Of a DNA stretch of 64,000 bases, positions 26,038 to 39,427 are shown piece after piece (position 1 is the stretch's first letter; every line of letters begins with the position of its first letter). The DNA lies in assembly GCA_964016885.1 (NCBI GenBank), contig OZ024751.1, forward strand, positions 7,068,001 through 7,132,000. Reading direction: 5' to 3'. The notes beneath the pieces are model-generated. The model saw only the letters and a program-made list of their open reading frames with translations. It had not been told where the DNA came from and did no database searches. The position numbers were made by a program, and so were the translations under genes. Origin of the DNA: Eledone cirrhosa (Eukaryota).

Positions 26038-27445
26038 ATATGTAGCCAGTACGACGATTTCGAAACCCATTCCTTTCGCATGGCTTCCTGCTTCATCCAG
26101 CGTGGATATCCCCCTACCCTGATATCCAAGCTGGTCTCACACGCGCCCATGAAACAGACCGCACCACAGCTCTCTCACCTCACCCGCCCTCCCAAAACCG
26201 TGTTCCTTTCCCGCTCACCTACCACCCCATAATCCTACGACACCGGCGACATATCCTCCGTTCCTTCCGTATCCTCTCTTCTGACCCCGTCACTTCTCGC
26301 TTTTTTCGAAACCCACCCATTACTGCTTTTAAGCGCGCCCGCAAGTCCGCGACCTCCAGGTTCGCAGTTCATTTTCGTCCTCTCCCACGACACCACCTGT
26401 ATCTCATCCTTGTTCCCATTCCCGCTGCAACACTTGTCCCTTTATTTCCACCCTCACGACTCTTACAGGCCCTAACGGGTCTTTCCGTATCTGCCATTCC
26501 GTCACCTGCATATCCACCTACATTGTCTATGCCCTCCCGTGTTCCCTTTGCGAGTCTTTATATATCGGACAAACGGGACGCCGTATGGCGGACCGTTTTG
26601 CCGAACATTTGAGGGACATCAGACTCGGTTTGGATACCACTGTCGCTCGTCATTTCTGTTCTCCTGGTCATTCTTCCCTACATGTTTCAGTCCTGGGTGT
26701 CCTTTTACATCATGGATCACAGGCCTCGGGCACCAGGACTGAACAAAGTCTGATTCACCGCCTTGGGTCCTATCCCCTTCTTGGACTCAATTCACCTCCC
26801 CAATTTCTCTAATACCCCGTCCATTATCACACCCCTATATTCCCACCGCTTTGTCTTGATCATTAGCAGCTTCTCTTACAACTAATACATGCCGATACAC
26901 ACACTTATATTAACATACCTTTGCTCATAGCTTCGTACTTACATGCACACACACTCTATTACTCACATAACACACACATATCTTCTTACCTTCGTACAGA
27001 CCTATAATAACACACCCACACACACACACACACACACAGACAGAGCCACACACACACACACAGACATAGCCACACACACACACACACACACACAAACACA
27101 TGTTTACGCACGTGCTCAAGTATGGCTCTTTTTACAAATGTTTTTATTTCCATTTCAGTTACACGCGCTCCATCATTCATTTTTCTAAAAGACAAATCAT
27201 ACACAAAACGCCAGCACCAACAGTTTTCCAATGTCCTAATGAATGGACCTATTATTTTTATCTAAAGACATTTTTTCAAATTCCATCCCGCCCGTCCTCT
27301 CAATCTATTTTATTTCTCATTCTTTCTTCTGATGAAGGACTAGCGTCCGAAATTTAAGACCCTCTTCCTGCTATATCAAACGTTAACCTAATATATACCT
27401 TCAATAAACTCTACCGATTGTGTTGTTATTTCTATTTACTTTTTA
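26038..27445 (+). mobile_element. 5'-truncated Neptune-like PLE: RT thumb, Cys-rich linker, GIY-YIG (frameshifted, ends 26812) and pseudo-LTR
   Basis: ICSQYDDF..FIQRGYP; PCSHSRCNTCP; IVYALPCSLCESLYIGQTGRRMADRFAEH..VARHF..H..GLN. AATAAA at ~27403. Confidence 0.88.
27325..27359 (+). ncRNA. Minimal hammerhead ribozyme in a PLE pseudo-LTR
   Basis: TCTT-CTGATGA-A-GGAC-tagc-GTCC-GAAA-TTT-AAGA; stem III is degenerate. Confidence 0.68.
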
Positions 27446-27555
27446 CATACATATATATATATATAATTTTGAATATGTGCGGGCACTTACCGTCACCTCA
27501 ATATGTAGGTTCGATCACTCAACGCAGTGTGCAAGTTATATATATATATATATAT

Positions 27556-28120
27556 AGCCAGAAGGACTTGCACAATAATTTCAGATAAATACACATGCTA
27601 CACACGACTAGAAGAATTGGAGAACACACTTATCAGCAGAAACTACCCACCATACCTAATCAACAATGGATTCCAACGTGCCCAACATCCAGACACTCAG
27701 TCACCCCCAAAGCCAGGAATGAACCGCAACAGAAAACTCTACCATACATCTCCACACACAACCCCCTTAACAATGAAGCATTCGACACCATCCTCCAGAT
27801 CATTCCTTTACTAAAAAGAGACTCAAGAATGAACAAAATCCTCCAAACACCCGACATCATAAAGAGCAAAAGACAACCCAAATCCATAAAAAAACATCCT
27901 CACACAAGCCAAAATCCAACCAACCCTCACAATGAACCCTACAGTAAAAAAATGCGGAAGGCCGAACTGTGGCATATGCATACATCTAATAAAAGATTCA
28001 ACATTCCATTTTAAACATGGACAACATTTCACAGTTAAACACAACTTTACATGTGCATCTGAAAACCTAATCTATGTTTTGACGTGCTCAGATTGTGAAG
28101 AGCACTACATAGGACAGTAA
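27556..28120 (+). pseudogene. Fragment of a second Neptune-like PLE (thumb, linker, first half of GIY-YIG)
   Basis: ARRTCTIISD..LISRNYP; LPYISTHNP; KRQPKS; CGRPNCGIC; FTCASENLIYVLTCSDCEEHYIGQ*. Confidence 0.85.
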
Positions 28121-28149
28121 AGAAAAACAGCCTCCGATAACGTATGACC

Positions 28150-28537
28150 GATAACGCCTCACGCCCAATATCGTATATAGGTGAAGGGTTAGAACGGCCT
28201 CATCCACTAGCTCTTATATTGGCTCTACAACAAACCCCTTCGATATAATGTGCACTCATTTTACTTCCGCGACCCTAGCAATAGATGTTCAACTCCTCTA
28301 ACTAGGCTCATTAAAAACCTTATACTAGCTAACATTGAACATTTAATAGCTTGGGATATCTTAGCTAGATCTCCTTCGTTTAATGGGAGAATAAGCTCTT
28401 GTGATCTCTGTCTTGCCGAGGCCTATCACATAACTTTGTCAAGGCCACCCCCCATTAATGACAGGAACGAGTTGGTCATCAACTGCCACCACCGCAGAGC
28501 GAGTTCCTTCGCCTATAGAATATTCGACCCAGCTTAG
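28150..28537 (+). pseudogene. GIY-YIG C-terminal fragment of a Hydra-type PLE; probable pseudo-LTR follows to ~29580
   Basis: PNIVYR..SYIGSTTNP; IAWDIL..SCDLCLAEAYHI..INDRNELVINCHHR, collinear with the C-terminus of ORF 8319-9722. Confidence 0.8.
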
Positions 28538-28989
28538 CCTATCCTTTAGTCATGCCCCTCCCTAAAACTAACAAATTAATGACATCATTAGTCCACCACA
28601 TCATTCATTCATTCATTCGTCGACTACTGTCGAAATGACGGATCTCACTCTCATGCCCCAGAATTCAGGAACCCTGGTGCAGTTAGTTACGAAATACATC
28701 ATCTTTTCAAATAGCTAATAATGTGTGTGGGCCCCACTACTACACACATGTGAAAGAATTTGACAGCCAAGTCTTGAAGAAGGTGCTTTCTCCTCCGTGT
28801 GGTGGGTTACCCGGCGCCAGATACCAACTTGGCATTTATACCCTCGCCCTAATTGTTCATATTGCAAGCACTAGAGTAGTCGCTAACCAAAGCTACGGGC
28901 CTACTCTATCCGTCTGCAGATACGTTGTACTAGCTTACCAGCATACTAGTAGCAGGAAGTTAACTTTTCCGGCACTGCAGCGCCTTTCG

Positions 28990-29195
28990 GCGGGCCGTGC
29001 TGGTTTTGGATGGCCATTAATTCCAAGAGCTCTTAAGAGCTCCCAGGAGTTCCTTTACCCTTTGACAGGTTTTGTTTTTAGTCCTGCAGGATGTCCAAAG
29101 TCACCCTCCTCACCAAGAAATATTTGTCGGGTTGCCAGTTTAGTCGCCAACGACCCGACCATGAGACAGGTTGTACTGGGATACATGTTACCAGT
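28990..29195 (-). mobile_element. 5' fragment of the ~600-bp RTE-derived family
   Basis: tttggatggccatt..gtcgccaacgacccgaccatgagacaggttgtactgggatacatgttaccagt matches 44960-45130. Confidence 0.75.
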
Positions 29196-29629
29196 CCACC
29201 ACATAAGCACCTATAAGTTACCTGTCTAGCATTATCTTAGTTACATATCCCACTGCAACTATACCTATAAGCTACCTCCCTACCGTACCTTGGTTACAGC
29301 TCCTAGTGGGATTTTTGCCTCCCCAAGGAGTTAATTCCCTTGAAACCCATCTCTATACAATAAGATAGTTTTCCTACAAGAAGCCATTTTGGTATGTGAT
29401 AGGCAGCAGTGTTTAACCTTCAGCCTCGACAGACATCTAATGTTTATTTATACCATACACATGAAATTCTCCAGTGCCAAGGTGCCCCATCTAGGGTGTT
29501 TCTAATCTGAGGATTCTTTACGGACACATAACCCTCCCATTTTATTTTTATTTCATTTTATTTTAATTTCTACTTTATATATAGTAATAATCTCATTATC
29601 TTTCCCCAAGTTCCGAAGATCTGCTCCAT

Positions 29630-29816
29630 AATTGTTTCTACTTTAGGCACAAGGCCAGCAATTACCCAATGCATTACTGGTACTTTATTTTATCGACCGC
29701 GTAAGGATGAAAGGCAAAGTCAACCTCGGCGGGATTTGAACTCAGATCGTAAAGGGACGTAACTATGCTGGAAAGCATGGCGTCCGACCTCTACCGATAC
29801 TGCCAATCTACCGCCC
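29630..29816 (-). mobile_element. Full-length SINE family A
   Basis: 13-bp TSD tctgctccataat at 29620-29632 and 29818-29830. Confidence 0.92.
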
Positions 29817-30010
29817 TTCTGCTCCATAATATTATTCTATGTTACTTAATAACTTTCTTACCATCGATTGATCCAGAAAAATGATATGGAGTAGTGAAAC
29901 AAATGTAAACTGACATTACTTTCCCCTTTCTATATTAAACTGCACTTAATGTTGATACTCTGTGACTAATGTCTTGTATGTGAATTTGTGGTCTTGATTT
30001 ACTTAACTAC

Positions 30011-30075
<65 letters not shown>

Positions 30076-31488
30076 CATGTAAATGAAATGTCATCGTTGT
30101 TTTTAATAAATATTTATCTCCACATAAGATTTGAAACTTGTGTTGATAGTGGATTCTTTCTCTGTATGTTTCCTTCCTGTAGGTTACAGTCCTTTCCTTT
30201 TGCTTTACAATAATTCAATTGTAAGTACACGACGTCCAACTATAGCTGGCATTTTGTCAGTAACTTTCAAACAGTTTAAATAGTTTAAACAAATTTGTTT
30301 GCTGCTAGATTGGTGTTAGATTTACTTACAAGTCATAACATTTGCGTTGTGTGTTTTTCGAAAACGGATTTCGGTTTCTATTATCTACGGTATTATTTAA
30401 GAAAGCTAGTATTTGGCTTATGTAATATACAAAATCTACACGTAAGGTGCCAATGTATACTGATTTAGTTTCTTAATAAAAAAGGTTGACTATTCTACAG
30501 CTTTTATCAAATATATGCAAATGCATATATCTACAAAGCGTTCTGTGTTTATATTTTTACAGAAGAGCAAAGAGCGAAGCATACAGACACAGACACACAC
30601 CACACACATATATATATGTAAAAGTGAGAATAGATAAAATTTGGTTTAGTATTGCATATGATTGACCAATATATATTGTAGTCAGCATATGTAGACTATT
30701 ACAATAAGCAGAGAAACATTATGTTAAAGCCAATAACCGTTTATACTTTCGCCTCTCGCTGAAGTCTATATTTTTCTTGGTGTTACGCCTGTCTATATAT
30801 ATATATATATATATGAATTTCCATATTGTTATACATAAATATTCTTGATCTATGCTTCTAGTAAGATATTTTTACACGTTTCATCATTCACTGAGACCTA
30901 TAACATCGTGACTATTGCAATTACATGTGAAAAGCAAAATCTTGTGATTCGTCGTAATGTTACATGTATATGCAAATTTCCTTTTCTGAGATACAGTTGG
31001 AAAAAAGTTTATAATATGAATAAGTACTAGATATTATGTGGGAACTCTAAATTAACATAAAATACATCGATATGGCATAGTCCAGACTACACAACGAAGT
31101 TTCAGAGAAGATAATCTCCTAAGGATGTATGACACTTCGTTCAATGACCATTGATTATCTCCAAAATAAATAAGAAAATAGAATACGCGATGCCCGTATA
31201 AAATAAACGGCGTAACAATTGGTTAGATTAAGATACAGTTTCCTTTACACATCCATACACAGATGGGCGTACATACATTTACATACTTACAGAAGCACGC
31301 ACACATGTGCAAACAATGATTAGATGATTTGTAGACATAGAGGCATATAAATATGAACAAGTAATTAGCGATGGAGAGATGATATTCTCGTAACAGAATC
31401 GTATAAATATCTAAATAAATATTTATGTGTGCCACGTTCCTTCTCCTCTCTCTCTCTCTCTCGCTCTCTCTCTGTATATATATATATA

Positions 31489-31527
31489 TTCTGATGAGGG
31501 TCCAAGTAGGTCCGAAAATCGATTAAA
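31489..31527 (+). ncRNA. Minimal hammerhead motif directly after a (TA)n tract
   Basis: TT-CTGATGA-G-GGTCC-aagta-GGTCC-GAAA-ATCGAT-TA-AA; palindromic stem III, one mismatch in stem II. Confidence 0.62.
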
Positions 31528-31724
31528 AATGTAACATCTTTACAGTTTTTACGAACATTTGTATTTTCTGCGATGTTTACAGGCCTACATATATATTTAC
31601 ATACACATATATTTATATATATATACAAATTGGTGCAGTCTCGGTTAGCCACTCTGTACATATGCAGATATGTTTGGCTGCAAGCGCACTTTATGTATGT
31701 ATGTATATATATATATATATACAT

Positions 31725-31792
<68 letters not shown>

Positions 31793-32514
31793 TGCCAACT
31801 ATTAAGCGACTTTTATGAAGAGGAATACAATACGTGAATAAGATTTAAACGTACCGAAAGAAATTTATTTCATTTCGAATGTGCGTGATGATATTATATG
31901 GCATAACACGTTGTGTATGTCTGATATGGTTTACGGCGGTATTACTCATCTTGATTTACTTTAAAAGCAATGACAAAAATTGCTTTTGGGAAATGACTTC
32001 AATAAAGGCTGTGCCTGTAGGTCTAGATATTTAATACAAAAATTTTAAAGAAAATGCACACAGAGACGAATAAATATAATGACACATTTACTTCCAGTTA
32101 ATGACAGATGCACAAGCACATATATATGAAACATGCACACACACGTATGTATGATACATACACTTACTTAAATGCACAGGCACACACATACACACAAATA
32201 AACACACATATGTGTGTTTGTGTGTGTGTGTATATATGTATGAGTGAGTTAAGGAAAATACTATTTTCCAATTTAAATTTATTTCTAGAATTTTCTGATA
32301 ATTGCTAATAAAGCCTACACATCAGCACCATTCCTGAAGATGAAACCACGAAGGTCTGGAAACTCTTTTATGTTCATGGACTTCAGACCATTTTGTTCTT
32401 ACGGAAATATTTAGATATATCATTATAATATATGAGAAGATTACAAAAAAGAAAATGACATATAACTATTTATGCAGCCAACATTTTATAAAAGAAGGGG
32501 TTTATATATATATA

Positions 32515-32551
<37 letters not shown>

Positions 32552-32558
<7 letters not shown>

Positions 32559-32575
32559 CGAAACATAGGTCAATT

Positions 32576-32627
<52 letters not shown>

Positions 32628-32696
32628 AATTGACCTATGTTTCGTCACTATATATATATATATATATATATATAGTGACGAATCATAGGTCAATTG
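32552..32696. repeat. Three ~27-bp modules (3' half of an HHR) in +/-/+ orientation, separated by (TA)n
   Basis: agtgacgaaacataggtcaattgg, its reverse complement, then agtgacgaatcataggtcaattgc. Confidence 0.8.
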
Positions 32697-32719
32697 CATG
32701 AACTCATAATCCTTTATTT

Positions 32720-32775
32720 ACTGCTATATATGTTTCGATGATAGCCATTGAATGGCTATGACCTCATCAGGCAGT
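32720..32775 (-). ncRNA. Type I hammerhead ribozyme
   Basis: ACTGC-CTGATGA-GGTC-ATAGCCAT-tca-ATGGCTAT-CATC-GAAAC-ATAT-ATA-GCAGT. Confidence 0.75.
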
Positions 32776-32837
32776 TAGTCAGTTCTTAGATATGCCAGCT
32801 GTGTGTTTTTTGGTGTTGATGGTATCAGAGCCTTGGG

Positions 32838-32894
<57 letters not shown>

Positions 32895-32903
32895 CTCTCT
32901 CTG

Positions 32904-32956
<53 letters not shown>

Positions 32957-33372
32957 ATGTTTGTCCTCATCAGTGGCCTTCCAACCGTCGTAGGCATTTC
33001 GTCGCATTAAAGGCCATATACCTCAGGTTGGTGCGAGCAACGGCTAAAAAAAGTCGTTGGGACACGTAAATAAGGGGGACGCTAGGGTAAACAAACAAAA
33101 TGGTTTAAGCAACAGAAAGTGATAAAGAAGAACAAGTCCCAGATTTCTATGAATATAAATTCGGTGGAATCGTGAACGAGAGAATAAAGACCATCAAACC
33201 TGGTTGAAATGTGAGCAAGGAAGGAATTTCGCACAGGTCTAACGGGAGGAAGAAGGTGTCTGGTCTGCGAATTCGGTAAACATAAGTTCTGTGTATATAT
33301 ATATATGTATATAAGGAACTGTTTCTTTGTTTTTACTCATTATTTTTATTAATTTATATATATATATATGTA

Positions 33373-33486
<114 letters not shown>

Positions 33487-33559
33487 TTTATTAAAATAAC
33501 AGATTAAAGAATCGCTGCTTTCACGCTTAACGGGATCTTCTGGGAGGGGAAAGACGATC

Positions 33560-33922
33560 AAATTGACCGAAGTGCGCTACTGGTACCTTATTTTATCGAC
33601 CTGTAATGATGAAAGGTAAAGCTAATCTCGGCGGGATATGAACTCACATCGTAAACGTCCGTAACTACATCCCAGAAAGTAGTTTGGTCGACCTTCTGCC
33701 GATACCGCTATTCAAGCACCCTAATAATAATGGGTTCTTATATAGGCACAAGGCCAGCAATTTGGGGGCAGGGGAAAGTCGATTAAATCGGCCCCAGTAC
33801 ATGACTGGTACTTTGTTTTATCGACCCCGTAAGGATGAAAGACAAATTTAACCTCGCCATGCTTTGCAACTCTATGTTGCAAAGCATGGCGTCCGACCCT
33901 CTACCGATACTGCCAATCCACT
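33560..33922 (-). mobile_element. Two diverged SINE family A-related copies
   Basis: tactggtaccttattttatcgac..; aggcacaaggccagcaatt..gatactgccaatccac. Confidence 0.7.
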
Positions 33923-34206
33923 GCACTAACCACCCTAATAATAATAATAGTGAAAACACAAAATATCGATCATATTACCTTACAAATAACCGGGCCAATA
34001 GGGATGCTAAAATAACTTCTCTTTATGTTCTTAAATCAGCGGTACTAAATTATATTTTCTAGAATCAGAAACACAATGATACCTCAGTTGATATCATATA
34101 AAGGCCAAAGAGATGCGGTAAAGTAAGCCATGAACTTACAAGAAGATGGCAAAGCACCCCTTGACCCCCACACATACACCCCTCTCTCTCTCATATATAT
34201 ATATAT

Positions 34207-34312
34207 AATTGTTTCTACTTTAGGCACAAGGCCAGCAATTAACCAGTACATTACTGGTACTTTATTTTATCGGGACCGTAAGGATGAAAGGCAAAGTTAA
34301 CCTCGGCGGGAT
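34207..34312 (-). mobile_element. 5'-truncated SINE family A
   Basis: aattgtttctactttaggcacaagg..cctcggcgggattt. Confidence 0.85.
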
Positions 34313-34493
34313 TTATATATATAATTACGAATGAATTATATATATATATATAATATATATATATATATACTGCTAAAAATCCGGGAGGTTATATCCGTAT
34401 TAAGTATAGCACTCAACCCAAAGGTTACATATGATTTGCTACATAGTTGTAGAAACATATTTTTCTATCTATATTTTATATATATATATATAA

Positions 34494-34607
<114 letters not shown>

Positions 34608-35111
34608 TAAAACTTGTTCCACGTAAAAATCCGAGCAAGCATATAATAACTTAGTTTTCAATGTGAATCAACTGTACATGCTTATTGTAATGTTTGTAGG
34701 CGAAACGCTTCCATAAAGAGAAAATAATAACGTCGATATGTGTCCGCATTATTCTTGTATTTGGATAACTCGCATTTATATCAATGAACTTCATATTCTT
34801 ATGTAAATATGTTTGAAGATGAATAGCGTGTATTAGAAAGTAGACATAGTTGGAAATACTCATAAGAGTCATATTTGAAATAAGAATGACTGTCTCATAT
34901 AATTCACTACGGAATTTTTCATTAAAAGCAATATTTCTCTCGGGAAGTCTATATAATGTTTTATTAATACTTATTTCATTGATTGTAAACACCTTATCTC
35001 TATTCATAGCTCATTTATTTCCTAAATTTGGTAATTTGGAAATCTCTGTTCAATGAGGGGAATTTACACCGATAATAATTACATTTAGCTTAATAACAAT
35101 TCAGCGGAAAA

Positions 35112-35158
<47 letters not shown>

Positions 35159-35373
35159 TTTTCTTTATTAACCACAAGGGTTTACATAAAGTAGACATTA
35201 AGGACAGTACAGGACAATACAGGACGGTACAAATGGGCATTTCTGCGTGTAAAAAAACAGAGGATGAAATAAAATAACAAAGAAAAATTCCCCAATAGGG
35301 GGGAGACTTCCGAGGGACATTTGTGGAGAAAGCCCATTAAAAGACCACAGTGACCCTGACCACCAGGGCAAGT

Positions 35374-37168
35374 AATGATGGTCGACCTTATCGAAAGCTT
35401 TCGACTGATCTAAATTGATCAAGAACCCACCCGTGCCAGGTTCCCTAGCTACCCTCTCTACGATGTATCGCATGAGGTGGAGGTTGTCGTGGATGGATCT
35501 GTCGGGAGTGTCGCACGTCTGCGCCTCTCCCACCAGACCACCAACGACAAGCGCCACCCTCTTTGCTAGCACCTTGGACAAAATCTTGAACTCTGTGTTT
35601 AGCAGAGTTATGGGCCTGACAATATCTATGTTATCCCCCTTGTTCGGATCCTTTCTCAGCAGCGCCACCGCTCCTCGGCTCACAGAGCTGGGAATTCTCC
35701 CCTTCTGTTGCAGTAGACGTCCGCCAAGAGTCCTCCGAACAAGTCTGGCATCTGTCCGTAAAGTTCATAGAGCAGACCATCCAAACCAGGCGATTTACCC
35801 CTTGTGCAGCCAGTCATTCCCACCTGTACTTCAGTGGCTGTTATCGGAATTTTGCAACACTCCGCCTCAGTGGGCGAGGGCCGCGGCAGTCCATCGAGGT
35901 AGACACTAAATTCCATCCCCCGATCCGGTCCGCCGCTGCCCCCGAACAGCTGTTCGAAGTGTCGCTGAAAATCTTCACATATTTGCCCGGGATCGAGTAG
36001 CATGCGCCCGCCGTGGTCCACCAAAGACCGGATTGTGGCCTTGTTGCCACGACGCGCCTCCTCCACTCGGGCCCATTGAACGGCTTTCGTCCTCTCGTGC
36101 CTGAGAGCACGCACCCTAGCTCTGACAACGCAGCCTTCGTGCTTTGCATTGAAGAATTGGTCAAGGGCCAATTTCGCCGCAAGTACGTCGGTGGCGATGC
36201 CTTTGCTAAGCGCCTCGTCTAATTTTCTAACTAGTTCTCTCTCTGCTCTATTTTTCTCTATAGCTAAAGCCTTAAGAAACCTAATGGACTCTATTCTAAT
36301 CGCTCTTTTCAGAGCAAACCACCACTTGTTGACGATGGCCCCCTGTCAACGCTCGCTTAACTAGTTCGTTAATGCGGTCTCTGTAGGCCTTGTGCGCTTG
36401 TAAGGACGCGTTTAGCTTCCAGTATCCGGGTCCTCGTCTATGAAGCCTATCTAAGTCAAGCACACAGACTACGAATTTGTGGCCCGTGTAGCCGACTATC
36501 TTGAGTTGTGGACAGCCTACGCTAGACCTACTTATTTCCCTAATAAATACTCTATCTAGATATGATCTGGATGACCCTATGCGGTTTGTCCAAGTCCACA
36601 TTGGCACATTCGGGAAATCCAATCGGTACCTGTCAGACAGTTCAAAACGCCTGGACAGGTTTCTGAGGCTCTTGCACCCTCCTCTCCTATCCGCTAATCC
36701 CACACAGTCCCAGCGTGCATCTAAGATCCCGTTCCAGTCGCTCACTAACACTAAAGAGCGGCACGTTCCTAGAAAGGTCTCCAGACGCCGGAATAAATCA
36801 AACCGCCCTGCTCCTCTCAGGGCATAGACGGCCGCTAGCCTGAAATATTGCCCGTCTCCGCTGGTCACGTCCAGCACCATCAACTTACCTTCTGGGTCCA
36901 GGAAGATGGCCCGTATGGCGAGATCCAAACCTCTCCGAAAAAGCACAGCAACTCCCCCCCCCCCTCCTCCCGATCCAGGTCGGCTGGGAGATTCGTACAC
37001 ATCGTAGCCGCCGAAGATCGGTGCGAAGGCCTGTGCCTCGGATATTCTGGTCTCGCTGATGGCCACCACATCTATGTTTAGCGACCTGAGATTGTTCAGC
37101 AGGTGCCCCTGCTTCCAAGACAACCCCAGGCCACGTACATTTATGCTACCTATTCTGAGAGTAGCCAT
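35374..37168 (-). pseudogene. Tx1 ORF2 (APE endonuclease plus RT domains 0-3), frameshifted and truncated
   Basis: MATLRIGSINVRGL; ISETR; SDWNGILD; SYLDRVF; GPGYWKLN; KSPGLDGL; RPITLLNTEFKILSK; LDQSKAFDKVDH, then an abrupt join to the 3' UTR. Confidence 0.9.
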
Positions 37169-37224
37169 GTTTGGATAGGATAGGAGGAAAACAAGTGAGG
37201 GCGGAGAGATACAAAAAAATTACC

Positions 37225-39053
37225 TGTGGTTCTTCTTTAGGAAGGGGGTGGGTGATCCATCCCTCCGACCATTGGTGGGTTTCTCCAAGAGAATATCCGT
37301 GAATATTGTTTTGGTGATGTTCCCTCGGTAGTCTCCAATTGATGTGGGGAACATTTTGTTTAATGTTATGTTATTTTGTTGTGCAATTTCTTTTATTTTT
37401 ATGTGTGTGGGGGGTGCAATTTTGGTGGTTTCTACGTAGTTTGTTTCTGTGATTGTGTGGTGTTGAATGTAATTTAAAAGAGTTGTGTTGGCTGTGTCTA
37501 TGGTTGTGTATTGTGTCTGCTGTTTGGATGTTGGTGTTTTCTGTGTTTGCTGTCGATTTGTTGGAGGTGACGTGGGGTAGATGGTAAGGGTGGTTGTGGT
37601 GGTGGTGGTGGCGGTGTTGGTGTCGGTGGTTGTGGGGGTGTGGCTGTTGATGGTGGTGGTAGAGGTGGGATAGTTTTCATTTTCTTTTTTTTTAAGGTTC
37701 TTTCTTCCTCTTTTTTTTTTGGGGGGGGGGGTGAGGGTAGAGAGTTATTCCTTTTTTTTGTTGGAATAGTTCTCCACTCTTAGCCCTCATCGCACTCCTT
37801 GTCCGATTTGGTTATATCAGGAAGGGGTATGCTTTCCATTGATTTTGTGGGTGGTGGAAGAGATGTTATTTTTGTTGTTGGGGATGGTGATTTCTCTTCT
37901 GAAACTGTGTTCTTTGTTTGTTCGTCTTCTCCAGTTGCGGGGCATGGCGTGGGGAGAAGGGGTGGGCGCGTGTCTGTTTTGGTAATTTAGGGGCAGAATG
38001 CCATAAGGTGCGTCTTGTCACCGCATCCATGACAACTGGGGCGCCTACCTTCGACAGTCACGGGTAGATGACTGCCGTCGTCCATGTCTCTTACATCGGG
38101 GATGGCCTCAACGCTTTCGTGGTTTGCTTGGATGATTAGCTCCATCCCCGACCCTGTACAATTTTCCTGTCTTATTCGTATGACCATGAGTATGGTTGTT
38201 GAATCTTCAACGTCAGCGAGGACGGCTGCTGTCAGCCACGCCATCTCCACTGAGGGTGGTACCTGGCCTACTCGAACCCTCACGACTCTCTGGCCGCAAT
38301 ATGTGGGCATCATTGTGATTTCGTCGCTGCGGAGTGGTGCAATGGAGTGTGCTCTGGCTTCCTCTTGTGTTGCGAAGAGCACATCCACAGTGCCATATCT
38401 CGATCCCCGGGCTATATATGTTTTCTGTGCCCAGGCGGCACCCATAGCTCTTTGGATCTGTGACTCCGTTACCCGTTCAACTCGCCTGGATTGTGAACCG
38501 ATCGTGCGATAACTGACCGAACACAACATTTTGTTTCTTATTATCTCAGCTGGGCAGGTGAGACTTACTCTGTGTCCGTTTTGTTTTTACCAAGACCTTT
38601 GCTTGTTTTATCTCTTCGTTAGTGATGTTTACTTGCTCAAACTTGTTGGTCCCTTTCGCGAAAGATGTGTTTGTTTTGATTTGTGTTGACACGTCACTAG
38701 TTTTGTCTTTGTTGCCGTCACCGGTGTTTTTGTTTGTTTTTTTTTCCTCTGTGTTGCTGCTGTTATAGTTGTTGTTCTTTGGGTTATTTCTTGTTGTTGC
38801 TGTTGTTATTTTTGTTATTGGGGTGGTAGTGGTGTTTGATTTCTGTCACGCAGGAAATTTTTCGTTATAATTTTCACTACTGCTACTACAGTTCCAGTGA
38901 CAGTTGCTGCTGATATCATTATCACTGTCGCTGTCGCTGCTGCTGCTGTTTCCTCATGTTTTTTACTTTGCCTTGTGATTGGGTGGAATTGGCTATTCCA
39001 CCCTCTGAACAAATCGCTGTTCCTCCCTGTGGACAATTTTCTTTGTCCGCCAT
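37225..39053 (-). pseudogene. Tx1 ORF1 (nucleic-acid-binding protein), disrupted
   Basis: Probable ATG at 39053 (MADKENCP..). Segment 37987-38529 has an RRM-like region and the CHGCGDKTHLMAFC zinc knuckle. Low-complexity Pro/Thr C-terminus; boundaries approximate. Confidence 0.7.
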
Positions 39054-39427
39054 GTTTTTTTTAAATTTTGGGTTTATGGTTGTAAATAAAAGCAAATTTA
39101 GCTCTCAAGGGCGCGAGATAGGGTTTAAAAAAACCACCTCATTTGACAGAAAGGGTTTACACAAAGTAGACATTAAGGACAGTACAGGACAATACAGGAC
39201 GGTATAAATGGGCATTTCTGCGTGTAAAAAAAAACAAAAGCAGAGGATGTAACAAAAAAAAACAATCAAACATTCCCCATTAGGGGGGGGGGGGACTTCC
39301 GAGGGACATTCGTGGAGAAAGCCCATTAAAAAGGCACAATGACCCTGACCACCAGGGCAAGTGCCCTCTCCCAGTTTTCCACCTTTAATTTACAGGCACA
39401 CACTCAGAGCCATTATAATAATAATAA

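Larger units (their letters stand above)
35158..39385 (-). mobile_element. L1/Tx1-clade LINE with most of RT deleted, flanked by ~200-bp direct repeats of its 3' UTR
   Basis: ORF1 with a zinc knuckle; ORF2 with APE and the start of RT; polyA-signal-like AATAAA at ~35164-35169 (minus); (TAA)n at 35115-35157; repeats at 35176-35373 and 39151-39362. Confidence 0.88.

Noticed and set aside
31085-33000. Further CTGANGA-like hits (~31090-31130 minus, ~32334, ~32960 minus; also ~11686, ~25560, ~29506)
   Set aside because: The core or stems are too degenerate or incomplete to call as ribozymes by eye.
35415-38512. Plus-strand ORFs opposite the Tx1 element, and minus-strand ORFs opposite the RTEs and R4/Dong
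   Set aside because: They are antisense shadows of GC-rich retroelement coding sequence.
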